This document shows, in pieces, positions 1 to 63,991 of a DNA stretch of 64,000 nucleotides. Under the pieces are notes generated by a model, which saw only the letters and a program-made list of their open reading frames with translations, searched no databases and was not told the origin of the DNA. The position numbers and the translations under genes were made by a program. The first letter of the stretch is position 1; each line of letters starts with the position of its first letter. The DNA comes from Octopus vulgaris (lineage: Eukaryota): the NCBI GenBank assembly GCA_951406725.2, contig OX597837.1, positions 26,970,001 to 27,034,000 on the forward strand. Reading direction: 5' to 3'.

Positions 1-148
1 ATGTAATCGACTTAATCCCTTTGTTTCTCCTTGTTTGTCCCCTCTATGTTTAGCCCCTTGTGGGCAATAAAGAAATAAAATAAGAATCTTCTGTTAACCA
101 TTTAGCATTTAAACTGGCCATATCCAGCCAAGATATTCTATTTGCTTT

Positions 149-945
149 ATGGTTCCGGCTTCAGACCCACTGCATGGCACCTTAGGCAAATGTCTTCTAC
201 TATAGCCTCAGGCTGACCAAAGCCTTGTGAGTGGATTTGGTAGATGGAAACTGAAAGAAGCCAGTTGTACATGTGTGTGTGTGTGCTTGTGCTTGTGTGT
301 GTGTTTGTGCTTGTGTGTGTGTATGTGTGTGTGTGTATTTGTGTCTGTGTTTGTCCTTCCACCATTGCTTGACAACCGATGCTGGTGTGTTTACATCCCC
401 ATAGCTTAGCATCTTGACAAAAGAGACCGATAGAATAAGTTCTCAGCTTACACAAACAATAAGTCCTGGGGTCAGTTTGTTCAAGTAAAGGCGATGCTCC
501 AGCATGGCCATAGTCAAATGACTGGAACAAGTAAAATAATAAAAGAATATTCTCTTTTACTCTTTTACTCTTTTACTTGTTTCTGTCATTTGACTGTGGC
601 CATGCTGGAGCACCGCCTTTAGTCGAGCAAATCGACCCCGGGACTTATTCTTTGTAAGCCCAGTACTTATTCTATCGGTCTCTTTTGCCGAACCGCTATG
701 TGACGGGGACGTAAACACACCAGCATCAGTTGTCAAGCAATGCTAGGGGGACAAACACAGACACACAAACATACACGCACATATATATATATACATATAT
801 ACGACGGGCTTCTTTCAGTTTCCGTCTACCAAAGCCACTCACAAGGCTATAAAAGAAGACTCTTGCCCAAGGTGCCACGCAGTGGGACTGAATCTGGAAC
901 CATGTGATTGATAAACAAGCTACTTGCCACACAGCCACTCCTGCT
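149..945. mobile_element. Two family A SINEs, tail-to-tail inverted (149-545 +, 551-945 -)
   Basis: family A consensus ggagtggctgtgtggtaagtagcttg...caagtaaaagag with internal (TA)n(GT)n. Confidence 0.88.
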
Positions 946-1029
946 TATAAAAATCTATCACAGTATATATAAATATATATATGTTGTGTGTGTGGGTGTT
1001 TATATTTATATCTTCGATTTTATTTGTAG

Positions 1030-49402
<48,373 letters not shown>

Positions 49403-49459
49403 GTAAGCAAAACAATAAAAAAAAAACCCACAAAAATAAATATTTATAGATTTCAGATA

Positions 49460-50400
<941 letters not shown>

Positions 50401-50726
50401 ATCTACATTTGTGTTATCTTCCTCTAAGAATTGATATTTCCATGGAATGTTGTTTTTTTTTTTTGATTGCCTATTTTTTTTTTCTGTTTTGTTCTGTTTA
50501 ATTTTTTTATTTCAACCAAACTCCTATTTCGATGTTTTAGCCAAGCAGTGTTGCTTATTATGTTTCAATTAGTGCTAATTAGAAAACAAAAACAAAAAAA
50601 AAAATGAAAATAGTTAAAAAAAAAAAAAACTTTTTGTTGGTGGTTTTAAAACTATGAAATCATTATTTTTTTTAAAAAAAACTGAATACTTTCAGGGAAT
50701 AAATTTTGAGTAACCCTAAATAATAC

Positions 50727-50763
<37 letters not shown>

Positions 50764-51434
50764 GTTGGGATGGGAACAAAGAAATGTAGATTTAAATTGC
50801 AAGCTAGTTTATCGCATTATTTATATTCTCCCTTATGTGATATCTTTTGTGTTGTTTGTTTTTTTTTTCTTTTTTTTTTTTTTTATTAGCACGTTTCAGT
50901 TTGTTTAAAATAATGTAGACATGTAACATCGCTGCTAAGTCCAGGACTAAATATTTGTAAGCTTTTACTACCTTGTAAAACCTATAAACAGTAAAATCAA
51001 CCCCAAATAGATTCCTTTAAATTGCACCCCAACCCCCACCCCTCAAGTCATTAGAGGAAGTAGCATCTCCACTCTTAGTTGAAATAAGGGACAGGGTTCC
51101 ACAGTTAAGGTTTTTTTGGGGGGTTTTTTTTGTCGCTACGGAGAAATTCCAAAAACACTCAACCGACACGCAAACTTCACTTGCACTTCCTTCCATTCAA
51201 AACAATTACACCATTTAGTTATGTGTTGGAAGAAAGATTTTTAATGTGAGATACGCATTATTCCTATTATGGGCACATGGATAAAGAGGTTGGGATTATT
51301 AGAGCAAAGCATCAACAAACAGAAATATGCAAGTTCAATTTCAACCAAATACTCTCATTTTTATTTTCATATTTCTTCTTTTTTATATCAGTACATTTCA
51401 TATTGCTTACCTTAAAACATAGTTTGAGTCTTAA

Positions 51435-51742
51435 CCCCTTACCAGGCAGAAACGAATATATTCGTTTTGACTGAAATCGTTTTTTCCTATCTCTGGCGAG
51501 TTAACTCGTCAAAAGATAGACTCGCCAAAATCGACAGCAAACGAGTTCCTTCGTCTAAAAACAGGTTAACTCGTTTCTGCCCAAAGCGGTAATTTAAAAT
51601 CAATATTATTGAATTAAAATTCATAATAAATAAGGTTTGAAATATACCTCGAAATTACCATTCAAAACATAGTAAAATAAAACAATTAAAAAATATGTCT
51701 GAAAAAATACATTTATTTTCAAAATAATTGTTGGGTAAGGGG
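51435..51742. mobile_element. piggyBac-like MITE
   Basis: TTAA|CCCCTTACC...GGTAAGGGG|TTAA; internal IR ggcagaaacga/tcgtttctgcc. Confidence 0.8.
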
Positions 51743-53132
51743 TTAATAAATTAACAAGTAATTAATTTTAAATAATCAAAGTAATTGTGAGGATATTTTT
51801 ACATAAGTTAATTTTATTTATTTACTAGCAGTATCGCCCAGTAGGGAAGCCTTCTCATTTATTTATGTCATCTTGCAGTTGTGATAACAGAGAAATCTTC
51901 ACCAAATTTGTTAATGTCTTATTGTCTTTTTGATTTAAGAAAATTTTCAAATGACCTAAATTAGCAGTTTAGGAAATAATAGCAGAGAATGTTTGTTAAT
52001 ATTCCAAAAAAAATTAGTTTTGTAAACATTAAATTAATTTTACAAAAATGTGCTGGATTTCCTTAGGCCTGTACTTAACACTTTTGTTACTGTATTTATT
52101 TTGAGCTGCTCTGTGTTTCTTCCTGTTATTTTAAATATAACGAAGAATTTAGTAAATTAACTTAGTTATCATTAAGCTAGTGTTAGGAACATAAATTGTG
52201 ACTAAGATTTTAGTGGAAGATTTGAATTCAAAACTTATGAAAACAAGACATTTATACTAAAGAGCCAGAGCCGGTTTCAGCCGGGTTGGTAATGAAAAAT
52301 CAATTTTCATGTATCTGCTATGAAATTAAGATTCAGAATATGTTTTGCATTTTGCTAAACATTTCAATCAATCAGAAACTTAACAATTTTTTAACAAATT
52401 ATTATTGTATTTAATGAGAAATAATTATGTAGTGAATGAAGTTAGTTAGAAATTATTATTAATTAAGAAAATTAATTTAAAATAATTATCTGGTGGGGAA
52501 AAGAATAATATCAATCCATAACTAATATTATTTACTTGATGTTTTCTAAGTATGGGACACAACTCTGGACATATTTCAACCTTATTCTAACCTCAGCCAC
52601 AATATATAACCTTCATTGCACTTATTAAAGAATCACAAAGTAAATGTGTAAGTTGTAAGACTAATATAGTTAACTAATTCAGAGACACCATCTGCTTTTA
52701 AAACAACAGTTAAGTGAGCATTAACATTTTTAATTCACTGAACGCTCTCCAGAAAACAGTGTTGTTATGGAAAAGAAAAAATCACTGTTCACTTGTATTT
52801 TATTGACTTTCTATGGCAGGTTTTATCCATTTTTTCACTCATTATTTTCTCTGCAAAGATTTTGGCTGCATTGTTTCTTTTAAAACCAATGCCTCCTGTA
52901 AGTTCTTTACATTGGTACATCTGTTACCCATTATTTGCTTTAGTCTTTGAACTGTGGCCAAGCTGGGGCACTGCTATAAAAGGTTTAGTCCAATTGACCC
53001 CCAGTACTTATTTTAAAATCCGGTGCTTATTTTATTGGCATCTTTTAGCTGAGCTGCCAAGTTATAAGGACGTAAACAAACCAACATAGTTGTCAAGCCA
53101 TGGTGGGGAACGAACATAAAAACTCTCTCTTT

Positions 53133-53174
<42 letters not shown>

Positions 53175-54105
53175 CAGACACACACAATGGGCTTCTTTCA
53201 GTTTCCATTTACCAAATCCACTGACAAGCCTTCACTTGACTTGGGATTATAGTGGAAAGCACTTGGCCAAGAAGCAGCTTGGTGGGACTGAACCCAAGCC
53301 CACATGGCTGGAAAGCAAACTTCTTACCACACAGCCAGCTCTATACCTATTTATTTATAAGTAAATAAATAAAATAAGTTAAAAATCAGTTATAGATCTA
53401 ACTAAATATAACTATAACAGCAGGTATATATCTTATATAACTATAACTACAGTTCTAACTAATCAACTGTAAATTATTTAGGAATAAACCATTTATCATT
53501 TTTGTTAAAAGACAAGAGGTGGGTAATAAACATTAAATAAAATTTGAGTACAACTTATTTACCTCCACTTTTGGTGAAATTTAACTATTAAAAAAACTAT
53601 TTTTTTTAGTTCTAAAATGGGTTTTTTTTAACCCCAAAATTTAGAAGATTAAATTTTGAATTAGAGATGGGAAGATAAATTTAATGTAACTACAGAAATT
53701 TTGAGATAGACCATAAATTAAAATAGTTGTTTAAACATAATTCTGTGATGAAATAATTTATTAGTAAATTCTGTTAATAATTATCTTAATTAATATCAAC
53801 TTGGCTGTGATTAATTAATTAATGATTTATTGATGTTAGGAAACAAGTAACTCTTCTTAATTGGTTTTTGAAGTAGTGGTGTTATGATGGCAATATTGAT
53901 GTTGGTGATGATTGTGATAATGGTGTTGATGGTAATGATGATATAATGGTGATGATGATGATGATGATGAGAAGGAGGAGGAGAAAAAAGAGGAGGATTT
54001 TTTTTATTTGTTATACAGGAACTCTGATAATATCAAAAATCTTTGCTTGTAACTAAGGAACTCTGCCCTCACCCCACTCTCTCGCTTTTTGGCACACATG
54101 AAGTC

Positions 54106-54144
<39 letters not shown>

Positions 54145-54514
54145 CAGCACATACCCAAGGCACACAGAGCTGCGCTCGGTAGTGAAGTGAAAGCACGCTA
54201 TAAAAATAAAACTACTGAATAATAATAATAATAACGATAATAACGATAATGATAATAATATTAATAACAATAATCCTTATCTTGGCACAAGGTCAGCAAT
54301 TTTGAGGGGTGGGGAAATCGATTACAGCAACCCCAGTACTCAACTGGTACTAATTCTTATCAATCTCAAAAAGGCAAAATTGACTTCAATGACATTTGAA
54401 ATCAGAAATCAAAGAGCCAGAAAATTGCCGCTAAGCATTTTCTCTGGCATGCTATCATTCTACCAAATTGCTGCCTTAATAATAATTTCTTATATGAAAA
54501 TCAAAGCATAGAAA

Positions 54515-55031
54515 TCTATATATATAAAACTGTAGTTGTGTGAGTGTCTGTCCCCTTCGATTTAGATTCCTAACTCCTCCCACATTTTGCGGTGCAGCTT
54601 AACCAAATTCAGGTATCTTATAGTCGTGATTCATATCGAGCCCGTCTGAGTATTAGCGCGTGTCTACGATGAGTTTACGATTTTAAAAATAATTTAACAT
54701 CATTTTTTATTCCATTTTAATGCATAATTTTTCGTGTGTCGATGGCGGCGGAGTTGGCGTCCACGCTCAAACACCTGCACCTGTGTTTGCTTCTCCCCCT
54801 TCTTCCATCCCTTGTGAAGCTTTGGGGAAGGGAGTGTAATGAAATGAACATCGTAAAGCGTTGTCAAGGAGACCAGCGTTCTTTTAGAACAACGACTTCA
54901 TGGCTTGAAGACACCAAAGCAGAAATGGCTAAGAAAGCCCGAATTGGCATCTATAAGGGAATTAACTCTCTAAAAATGCTTATATAGTTATTTCCCTTAC
55001 AAATCCGAGCAATGCCGGGCGATACTGCTAG
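54515..55031 (+). mobile_element. Non-autonomous Helitron (long variant)
   Basis: A|TC 5' end, subterminal hairpin ccgagcaatgccggg, CTAG|T 3' end, no TSD. Confidence 0.85.
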
Positions 55032-55238
55032 TTCTTTATAGAATAAGAAAACAGGGATTTATTGATTTAAGGATGCCCTTGTAATTATCACGCTTGTCTT
55101 ATTAGCAACAGACGTGTGGCTTGAGTTTCTGTTGATATCATCATCTGAGCTTGTACAAGTCCTTCATTTTAATAACAGAGCATTCCAGAAGATTTAACTA
55201 TCTTCGTTAATTAGTCCCAGCTCATCTGTGATCAAGCT

Positions 55239-55567
55239 TAAAAAAAGACTCCGCCGGTTACGACGACGAGGGTCCCAGCTGATACGATCAACGGAACAGC
55301 TTGCTCGTGAAATTAACGTGCAAATGGCTGAGCATTCCACAGACACGTGTACCCTTAACGTAGTTCTCGGGGATAATCAGCGTGACATAGAGAGTGACAA
55401 GGCTGACCCTTTGAAATACAAGTACAACTCATTTTTGCCAGCTGAGTGGACTGGAGCAACGTGAAATAAAGTGTCTTGCTCAAGGACACAACGCGTCGCC
55501 GGGAATCGAACTCACAACCTTACGATCATGAGCCGAATGCCCTAACCACTAAGCCACGCGCCCTCAC
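55239..55567 (-). mobile_element. tRNA-derived SINE, family D
   Basis: TSD TGTGATCAAGCT; near-identical to the 22597 copy. Confidence 0.9.
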
Positions 55568-56027
55568 TGTGATCAAGCTAATTTATGATGAAAGGCATTC
55601 TGTGGTCTGGAGGTATTAGCTCTCCTCGTTGCCTTTATTGGCCTTCCATAGTCTAAAGGAATTAGCTCTACTCATAGCCTTTACTAGTCGTTCATAATCT
55701 GGAGGGACTAGCTCTACCCATGGCCTTTATTGTTCCCCTATGGTCTGGGGGGAATCAGCTCTACTAGTGGCCTTTACTGGCCCTCCATAGTCTGGAGGAA
55801 AAGGTTGTGTCCTTGGCTTTCAAAGGTCCTACAAGAACTATGGGATCAGTATATTTAATATTCATCTTGACCACAATTCAAGTTTACAGTTACAGGTAAA
55901 CATGACAAGAGAATTATACAGGGTCAGTGTCATGGTGAACTAGTGGACTGAGTGATCCCAGTAAGGGTGAGAGAAATAAGTTAGGAATCCTTGATTAAAG
56001 ACAGCATGAGCTAAACAGAGGCCAATA

Positions 56028-56329
56028 GTGGAGGCACATGGTCTAGTGATTAGAGCAGTGGACTCGCAGTCGAGGGATCGCGGGTTCAAATCTCAGACCA
56101 GGTGATGTGTGTTTATGAGTCAAACACCTAAGCTCCACGTGGCTCCGGCAGAAGGTAATGGCAAACTTCTGCTGACTATTTCGCCACAACTTCCTCTCAC
56201 TCTTTCCTCCTGCATCTTGCAGCTCACCTGCGATGGACCGGCGTTCCATCCAGGTGGGGAACCTATACACCAAGGAAACCGGGAAACCGGCCCTTATGAG
56301 CCAGGCATGGCTCAAGAAGGAAAAACTAA
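56028..56329 (+). mobile_element. tRNA-derived SINE, C-type head with a different tail
   Basis: 18-bp TSD AGCTAAACAGAGGCCAAT. Confidence 0.85.
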
Positions 56330-56399
56330 AGCTAAACAGAGGCCAATGTAACAGTAGTAGAAAAGACAAAGATGAGGGAATGCATTTGTAAGCCGAATG

Positions 56400-57490
56400 T
56401 TGGTCTGCGTTGATTAGTATCTTTATACCACATAGGTGACCTTTCATTGGATGCTGTCTAAGAGATCTGTAGGTAGGAGCAGCAGCAGCAATGATATCCT
56501 AAATGTGAGACTAATAATCCATTGTGGATTACCTTTTAGCTTTGTTTAAGGCTGGAGTATTTTCAGGTGTTGAAGAAGGAAGACCAGTTTTTGTGATGGG
56601 GCCTTTGTGATATTGACGATGTGTGTCGGTCCTGAGAGATCATCAGTGGGAATGCAACCCAGGGTTTGCAGTGACCTTAAGGGTTCTAGTTGTATAGGGT
56701 TAGTGTTCAGGATTGGGAGTTAATGCTTTTGCGATCTTAGTAGTGATTATTTATTTGTTACTGTTGAAGGTTTTGTTGTAGAATTGGTGGAGCAGCCATC
56801 AGCTGACTTGAAGTGTCATAGAGTCCAGGAGGTAGGATGTGTGCATTGCCTCTTATGTGGGTATGTGATGGGTAGCTGTAATATGTGCTGGGTAGGCTGA
56901 TAAACTTAGAAACTGTTTGCTAGAAATCAGATTTGGAGATGAGAGAGATATGGAGGGTGTCTGGATTGATGGTCATGAATGGAGCTAATTGATTTTGAGA
57001 GTTGATGATTATGAAACCTTCTTTCTGCACCATTGGTGCTATTAAGTTGGGTTCAGTGTGAAGGATGTCTGTAGTCCCTGAGAGCAATAACTTGAGAGGG
57101 GGATGAAGTTAGATGTCTTAAATGGCTTAGATGCAGGTAGAAATACGATTGAAGGGTTGTTGGGGGATAAAGGAATTCAGAGAGTGGCGGAAGGAGTGAG
57201 TTAGTAAAGGAAGGGAAACTCTGAGCCAGAGTAACTGGAGGTCTTTGTTACTGGTATCCAGGTGAGAGAAGTGAATGACAAGGAGACTGGAATCTATGTA
57301 CACACAGACACCACCATTCAATGGAAGCTGTGTAAAGTTTGGGGCCTGGACAGCAGAAACAATAATAGATAGCCAATGAGAAAGTTGTCTTGGAGATGAG
57401 TGGTTTGCATTCTAGAAAGAAGTCATGTGCAGTATTTAGGTTGGCTTGCAGTACGTGGATATTGGAGAAGGTGCAGAATTATTTAACAGG
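56400..57490 (-). mobile_element. Degraded LINE, AP-endonuclease region
   Basis: minus-strand peptides FSNIHVLQANL and NGGVCVYI...LQLLWLRV, typical of non-LTR APE; disrupted frames; boundaries approximate. Confidence 0.55.
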
Positions 57491-58410
57491 TTGAGTATTA
57501 TTTTTGACATTTCAGGAAGTATAGAGGGCATCAGTGCAGCATGTGGTCTTAATAACTGCCTGTTGGGAGCCTGGTCTTAATTTTCAAAAGAGCAAAATCC
57601 ACTAAAAGCATTTGTAGACCAGAGGTGGTTTTAAGTAAGGGAGTATGATCTGCGATGAAAGTCTTTCAAACTATGACTATACAATCTATGTTTAAAGGTT
57701 CCTTCATTACTTCCTAAGTACCTAAGGATGTTGGATATTATTTCTGGTGCAAAGTTATTGTGTTAAAAGCCATCTGTATTTATTGGTAATAGCTTCTTCA
57801 ATATTTGAGTGTCTGTCATGACTCCACATTTTTGAGTATGTGCCGTTTCTTGTAGGACCCTATTCATGATGAGCAAGAAAACCTGATCACTCTGTCACTC
57901 ATTTCCCGCTTCTTACTAACACTGCCTGTCTTTCTTTATACCCTACCGACTTCTCTCTCGTTTAAATCTCCCTAAAACCATGCCCCATCATCTTAGAAAG
58001 GTGAAGATAACACATTTCGTTGCATGGCCCTAGAAATCTCTGCAGAGAAAAAAACTCACATTAGTTATGGCTAGATGACATTAGATTATTGATCTGCTGA
58101 GCCAAGGCTGACCTAGAGCTAAGCAGCAAAACATGTGTACACACATGCAAATGCACACACACACACACACACACCTCGGACTTTACATAAGTGGGGTAAT
58201 TCCTACAGAAACCTGAATCAAGTTCTTATATGTTATTTATGAAGACTTGATTCCTGTAACGCAAGAAGTCTTTGAAAAATGTCTGAAAGCTCAGTTATAA
58301 TTGGATTATCCAAAACTTACACCATAGCCTTTCAGATTTTCAGTCCAGGGGTTAGGGAAGAAATCAAAGGAGTGATGATGATTATGATGATGATGGTGAT
58401 GATTATGATT

Positions 58411-58450
<40 letters not shown>

Positions 58451-58645
58451 GGATTTCCGACATTGGCACAAAGTGGAACATTTGATAGTGAATGAAGGAA
58501 CAGTTGATTAAATCAATTATAGGAGTTAATTAGTTTTAATTTGTATTAATAATTGAAATGAGAAATCAGCTTCACTGGGTTTAGATCAACCCTAAAATGC
58601 CTCACAACGTTTTAGCCAACATTTTACAAATTTTATCAGTCCTGT

Positions 58646-58986
58646 GGAATATATGTACATAGGAGCACTCCGTCAGTTACGATGATGAGGGTCCCCGCTG
58701 ATATGATCAACGGAACAGCCTGCTCGTGAAATTAACGTGCAAGTGGCTGAGCAATCCACAGACACGTGTACCCCTAACATAGTTCTCAGGGAGATTCAGC
58801 GTGACACAGAGTGTGACAAGGCCAGACCTTTGAAATACAGGTACGACTCATTTTTGCCAGCTGAGTGGACTGGAGCAACGTGAAATAAAGTGTCTTGCTC
58901 AAGGACACAACGCGTCGCCGGGAATCGAACTCACGACCTTACAATCGCGAGCCGAATGCCCTAACCACTAAGCCACGTGCCTTCAC
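58646..58986 (-). mobile_element. tRNA-derived SINE, family D variant
   Basis: TSD TTATCAGTCCTGT. Confidence 0.88.
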
Positions 58987-60300
58987 TTATCAGTCCTGTA
59001 CCCTTCATAATAACAACCATCACCACAGCAGCAACAACAACAATAACAACAATAATAATAATAATTACTAACATAGGTAGAGAGGAGTTTTAGGGTTAGT
59101 CAGTACCATCAACTCCAGTACTTGATTGGTTGTTTATTTTGTCAACCCAAAGGGATAAACAACAGGGTGGATCTCTGCTGGGTTTGTAGTTGGATTATAA
59201 AAAGCTAGATCAAATACCTATTTCTTTACTATCCACAAGGGGCTAAACACAGAGAGGACAAACAAGGACAGACAAACGGATTAAGTCGATTATATCGACC
59301 CCAGTGTGTAACTGGTACTTATTTAATCAACCCCGAAAGGATGAAAGGCAAAGTTGACCTCGGCGGAATTTGAACTCAGAATGTAACGGCAGACGAAATA
59401 CCGCTAAGCATTTCGCCCGGCATGCTAACATTTCTGGAAGCACAAGGCCTCAAATTTGAGGCAAGGAATTAAGTTGATTACATCAACCCCCAGTACACAT
59501 CTGGTACTTAATTCATTGACCCCCAAAAGGATGAAAGGAAAAGTCGACCTCAGCGGAACTTGAACCCAGGATGTAACAGAAGATGAAATACCGCGAAGCA
59601 TTTCGCCCGGCATGCTAACGATTCTTTTCTACTCTAGGCACAAGGCCCAAAATTTTGGGGGAGGGGGCCAGTCGATTAGATCTACCCCAGTACGCAACTG
59701 GTATTTAATTTATTGACCCCCCAAAAGGATCAAAGGCAAAGTTGACTTCGGCCAAACTTGAACTCAGAATGTAAAGACACACAAAATACAACTAAGCATT
59801 TTGCCTAGCATGCTAATGTTTCTGCCAGCTTGCCGCTTTTTTAATAAAAATAATAACAATAATACTAATAATAATAATAATAATAATAATAGCAACCGTC
59901 CAACCCATGCTAGCATGGAAAGCGGACGTTAAATGATGATGATGATGATGATGATGATGAATAATAATAATTCTTTCTACTGGAAGCAGAAGGACTCAAA
60001 TTTGAGGAAAGGGATTAAGGCGATTACATTGACCCAGTATGCAAATGGTTCTTAAATTATCGACCATGAAAGAATGAAAGGTAAAGTTGACCTTGGCAGA
60101 ACTTGAACTCAGAAATTTTGAGGGGAGGGGCCCAGTTGATTAGATCGACCCAGTACGCAATTTGTGCTTAAATTTTGACCCCGAAAGAATCAAAGCAAAG
60201 TCGACCTTGGCGGAATTTGAACTCAGAACGTAAATACAGATGAAATATCATTTAGTATTTTTGTCCTGCATACTAATGTTTCTGCCAGCTTGCCACCTTT

Positions 60301-60354
<54 letters not shown>

Positions 60355-60625
60355 TAATTGTTTCTGATGGTTGGTTACACACAATATCAAAATAACATTA
60401 TTTCAATGGCTTTCAAGCATCAAAAACCATATTATTGAAAAATGTCCATCAAGACATTGAATCATTTGTCTTGGGTAAACTTAGCCTCACACTTACTTGT
60501 TTTAAGATTATACATACTTACATACATCCTTTGGTGTGTGTTTATGTATATACATACATATACACACACACACATGCACATCTTAGCTCTGCTGCAGCAG
60601 TTTTCCCTGGTATTTTATATTTATA

Positions 60626-61022
60626 CTAGCAGTATCGCCCGGCGTTGCTCGGGTTTGTAAGGGAAATAACTCTATAAGCAGTTTTAGAGAGTTATAGCCA
60701 AAAAATAGCAAATAATGCATTAAAAATGGAAAAAAAAATGATGGTAATTTTTTTTTAAATCGTTGACTCATCGTAGACATTTTTAGAGAGTTACTTCCCT
60801 TATATAATAGCAAAAAAATGCATTAAAATGGAAAAAAATGATGGTAAATTATTTTTAAAATCGTAGACTCATCGTAGACGCGCGCTAATACCCAGAAGGG
60901 CTCGATATGAACCACGACTATAAGATACCCGGTTTTGGTTAAACTGCACCGCAAAATGTGGGAGTAGTTAGGAATCTAAATCGTAGGAGACAGACACACA
61001 ACTTCACTTTTATATATAAAGA
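60626..61022 (-). mobile_element. Non-autonomous Helitron
   Basis: near-identical to the 39273 copy; hairpin cccggcgttgctcggg. Confidence 0.85.
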
Positions 61023-61804
61023 TACTCTTTTAAAGCCTAGCCAGGATCATGGGCCTGGTTTACCGGTTTCTGTGGCATATGTGTTCCCCCCAGCTGGACG
61101 GGATGCCAATCCATTGCAGCGTTACTCAAGAAACAGGAAGAAAGTGAGAGAGAAATTTGGGGCGAAAGAGTACAACAGGGGTCGCCACCACCCCCTGCTG
61201 GAGCTTTGTGGAGCTTTTTGCTCAGTAAACACACACAATGCCTGGTCTGGGAATTGAAACCGCGATCCTCCTATATATAATTACTGAGAGTACAATATTT
61301 CCTGTCAACTGGGACATCAGTCCGTCACAAAATAAACCCTTAAGTCATTACTGGTACTCATTTTCAGCTAAGTGAATTGAAGCAACATAAAATTAAGTGT
61401 TTTGTTCAAGAAAAAAATGCTTGGTCCAGTCTAGGAATTTAAACCAAGTTATGCTTGTAAGTTCAACACCTTGAGGCAGTGCTCCAGCATGGTTCACTGT
61501 CAAATGGCTGAAACAAGTAAAAAAATACCTTAACCACTTAGGCATATGCCTTGTCATAGACACATACATATCTATCTATCCATGCATACATATTATTATT
61601 ATTATTATTATTATTAGTTTTTCTTCTTCTTTCAAATTTGCTTCCATTTCTTGCCGAGTGTCTTCCCGACTCCTAGGGCAAAGAAACTCATAGTATACAT
61701 TGGTAGGCCATTAAACCAAACTCAATAGTTCGTTCATCTTTTTTTTTTTTTACGTTATATTAAAATACATGAGCAGCAACAGTTCTCACATCGACAATGC
61801 TCTT

Positions 61805-61881
<77 letters not shown>

Positions 61882-62480
61882 CATCATCATCATCATTATT
61901 ATTATTGATTGAGAGAGCATTGCATGCTATCAAAGTGACACTGGGGTAAAATATACAAAGCCAGTATACCCATCATGACTACCCATCTGATAAGGGTACA
62001 CTAGGCACATGCACCACAACCATATGTGCATGACATGGTGATCTCATCAAGATAAACAGCGCATGACCTTGCAGGCAGGGCCCAGTTAGAATTTTCTTCT
62101 GGTCTAGTAGCCCATCCTACTCAAATGATCCTTGAATAAGGATTGTTTAAGGATGTTGAATGAACCACCCATGTTTCCAAAGGTGAATTATCCAAACCTC
62201 TAAGAATTCCTTTCAACACATGGCTATGATGCTCTCCCACTACTTTTGCTCATGATCAGAGGTGCACATATTGTCAGCCACTAAGGGACATGCTCAACTG
62301 GTTATGGTCAGACAACTGACAAGCAAATCAGTGGTATTGAGCAGAATACCTGCTGTAGCCCATCTTTTATACCAAGACAAAACAATGTACATGATTACAC
62401 TTCCAATCAGTTAAGATCAGAAGCCATGAGAGTCAGTGCCTGGTACTGCATTAAGGCAGTTATTATCATTATTATTATTA

Positions 62481-62526
<46 letters not shown>

Positions 62527-63209
62527 GAGCTGGCAGAACCATTAGCATGCCGAGCAAAATACTTAGTGGTATTTCATCCATCTTCACATTCTGAGTTCAA
62601 ATTCCACTGAGGTCGACTTTGCCTTTCATCCTTTAGGGAGGGATAAAAATAAGCACCAGTTGTGTACTGAGATCAATGTAATCAACTTATCCCCTCCCCC
62701 AAAGTTGCTGGCCTTGTGTCAAAATTTGAAATCCTTATTAATTTTAAGGGGGCAAGCTGGCAGAACTGTTAGCAAACTGTACCAAAAAATGCTTAGTGCA
62801 TTCTGTCCAAATTCTGTCAAGGCTGGCAGTTGAGTACCAGTTGAGTACTGAGGACTTACCCCCTCCTCCAATATTTCAGGCCTTGTGTCAAAATTTGAAA
62901 TCACGTCGTCATCATCATCAACATTATCATCATCATCATCATTATTCATCATCATCATCATCATCGTTTAGCGTCCGCTTTCTATGCTAGCATGGGTTGG
63001 ACGGTTCAACTGGGGTCTGGGAAGCCAGAAGGCTGCACCAGGCCGAGTCTGATCTGGCAACGTTTCTACGGCTGGATGCACTTCCTAATGCCAACCACTC
63101 CGTGAGTGTGGTGGGTGCTTTTTACATGCCACTGGCACAGGTGCCAGACGGGGCTTGCAAACGGCCACGATTGGATGGTGCTTTTTACGTGCCACCGGCC
63201 ACGGGGGCC

Positions 63210-63254
63210 ATATTAATATTATTATTAGTATTAGTATTATTATTATTATTATCA

Positions 63255-63310
<56 letters not shown>

Positions 63311-63645
63311 GTTATTATTATTATCATTATCGTTATTATCATCTTCAGCATCATCATCATCATTATCACCATCATCATATGTTTGTGTATGTATGTTTTT
63401 CTAGGCACTTTAGTTAACATGAAGCATAACACATGTTGTGTCCTGTTGTAGCCAGCACTGCCATTTTCCATGTTATATTTCTGTAACTTGGTCTTTATAC
63501 ATTGCTAGAAACATAAGCTGTACACCCATGTACTACACCTTTTAAGCTATTTTAGTGTCTGTCCTCATATATTACCGGTATGTATGCATGTCCCCCTTAG
63601 ATTTGTTTTACTTGCAACTATGTCCCGCTCTATCACCATCCTCAC

Positions 63646-63728
<83 letters not shown>

Positions 63729-63814
63729 GCATCAGCATCAGCATCATTATCATCATCAGCATCAGCATCATTATCATCATCATCATCATTATCATCATCA
63801 TCATCATTATTTTT

Positions 63815-63873
<59 letters not shown>

Positions 63874-63957
63874 TATTATTATTATTATTAGTATTATCAT
63901 TATTATTATTATTATTATCATCATCATCATCATTATTATTATTATTATTATTATCAC

Positions 63958-63991
<34 letters not shown>

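Noticed and set aside
57856-57975. Candidate terminal ROS1 exon after ttgtag
   Set aside because: It is open only in phase 0, whereas the upstream donor is phase 1 (stop after 4 codons), and there is no supporting motif.
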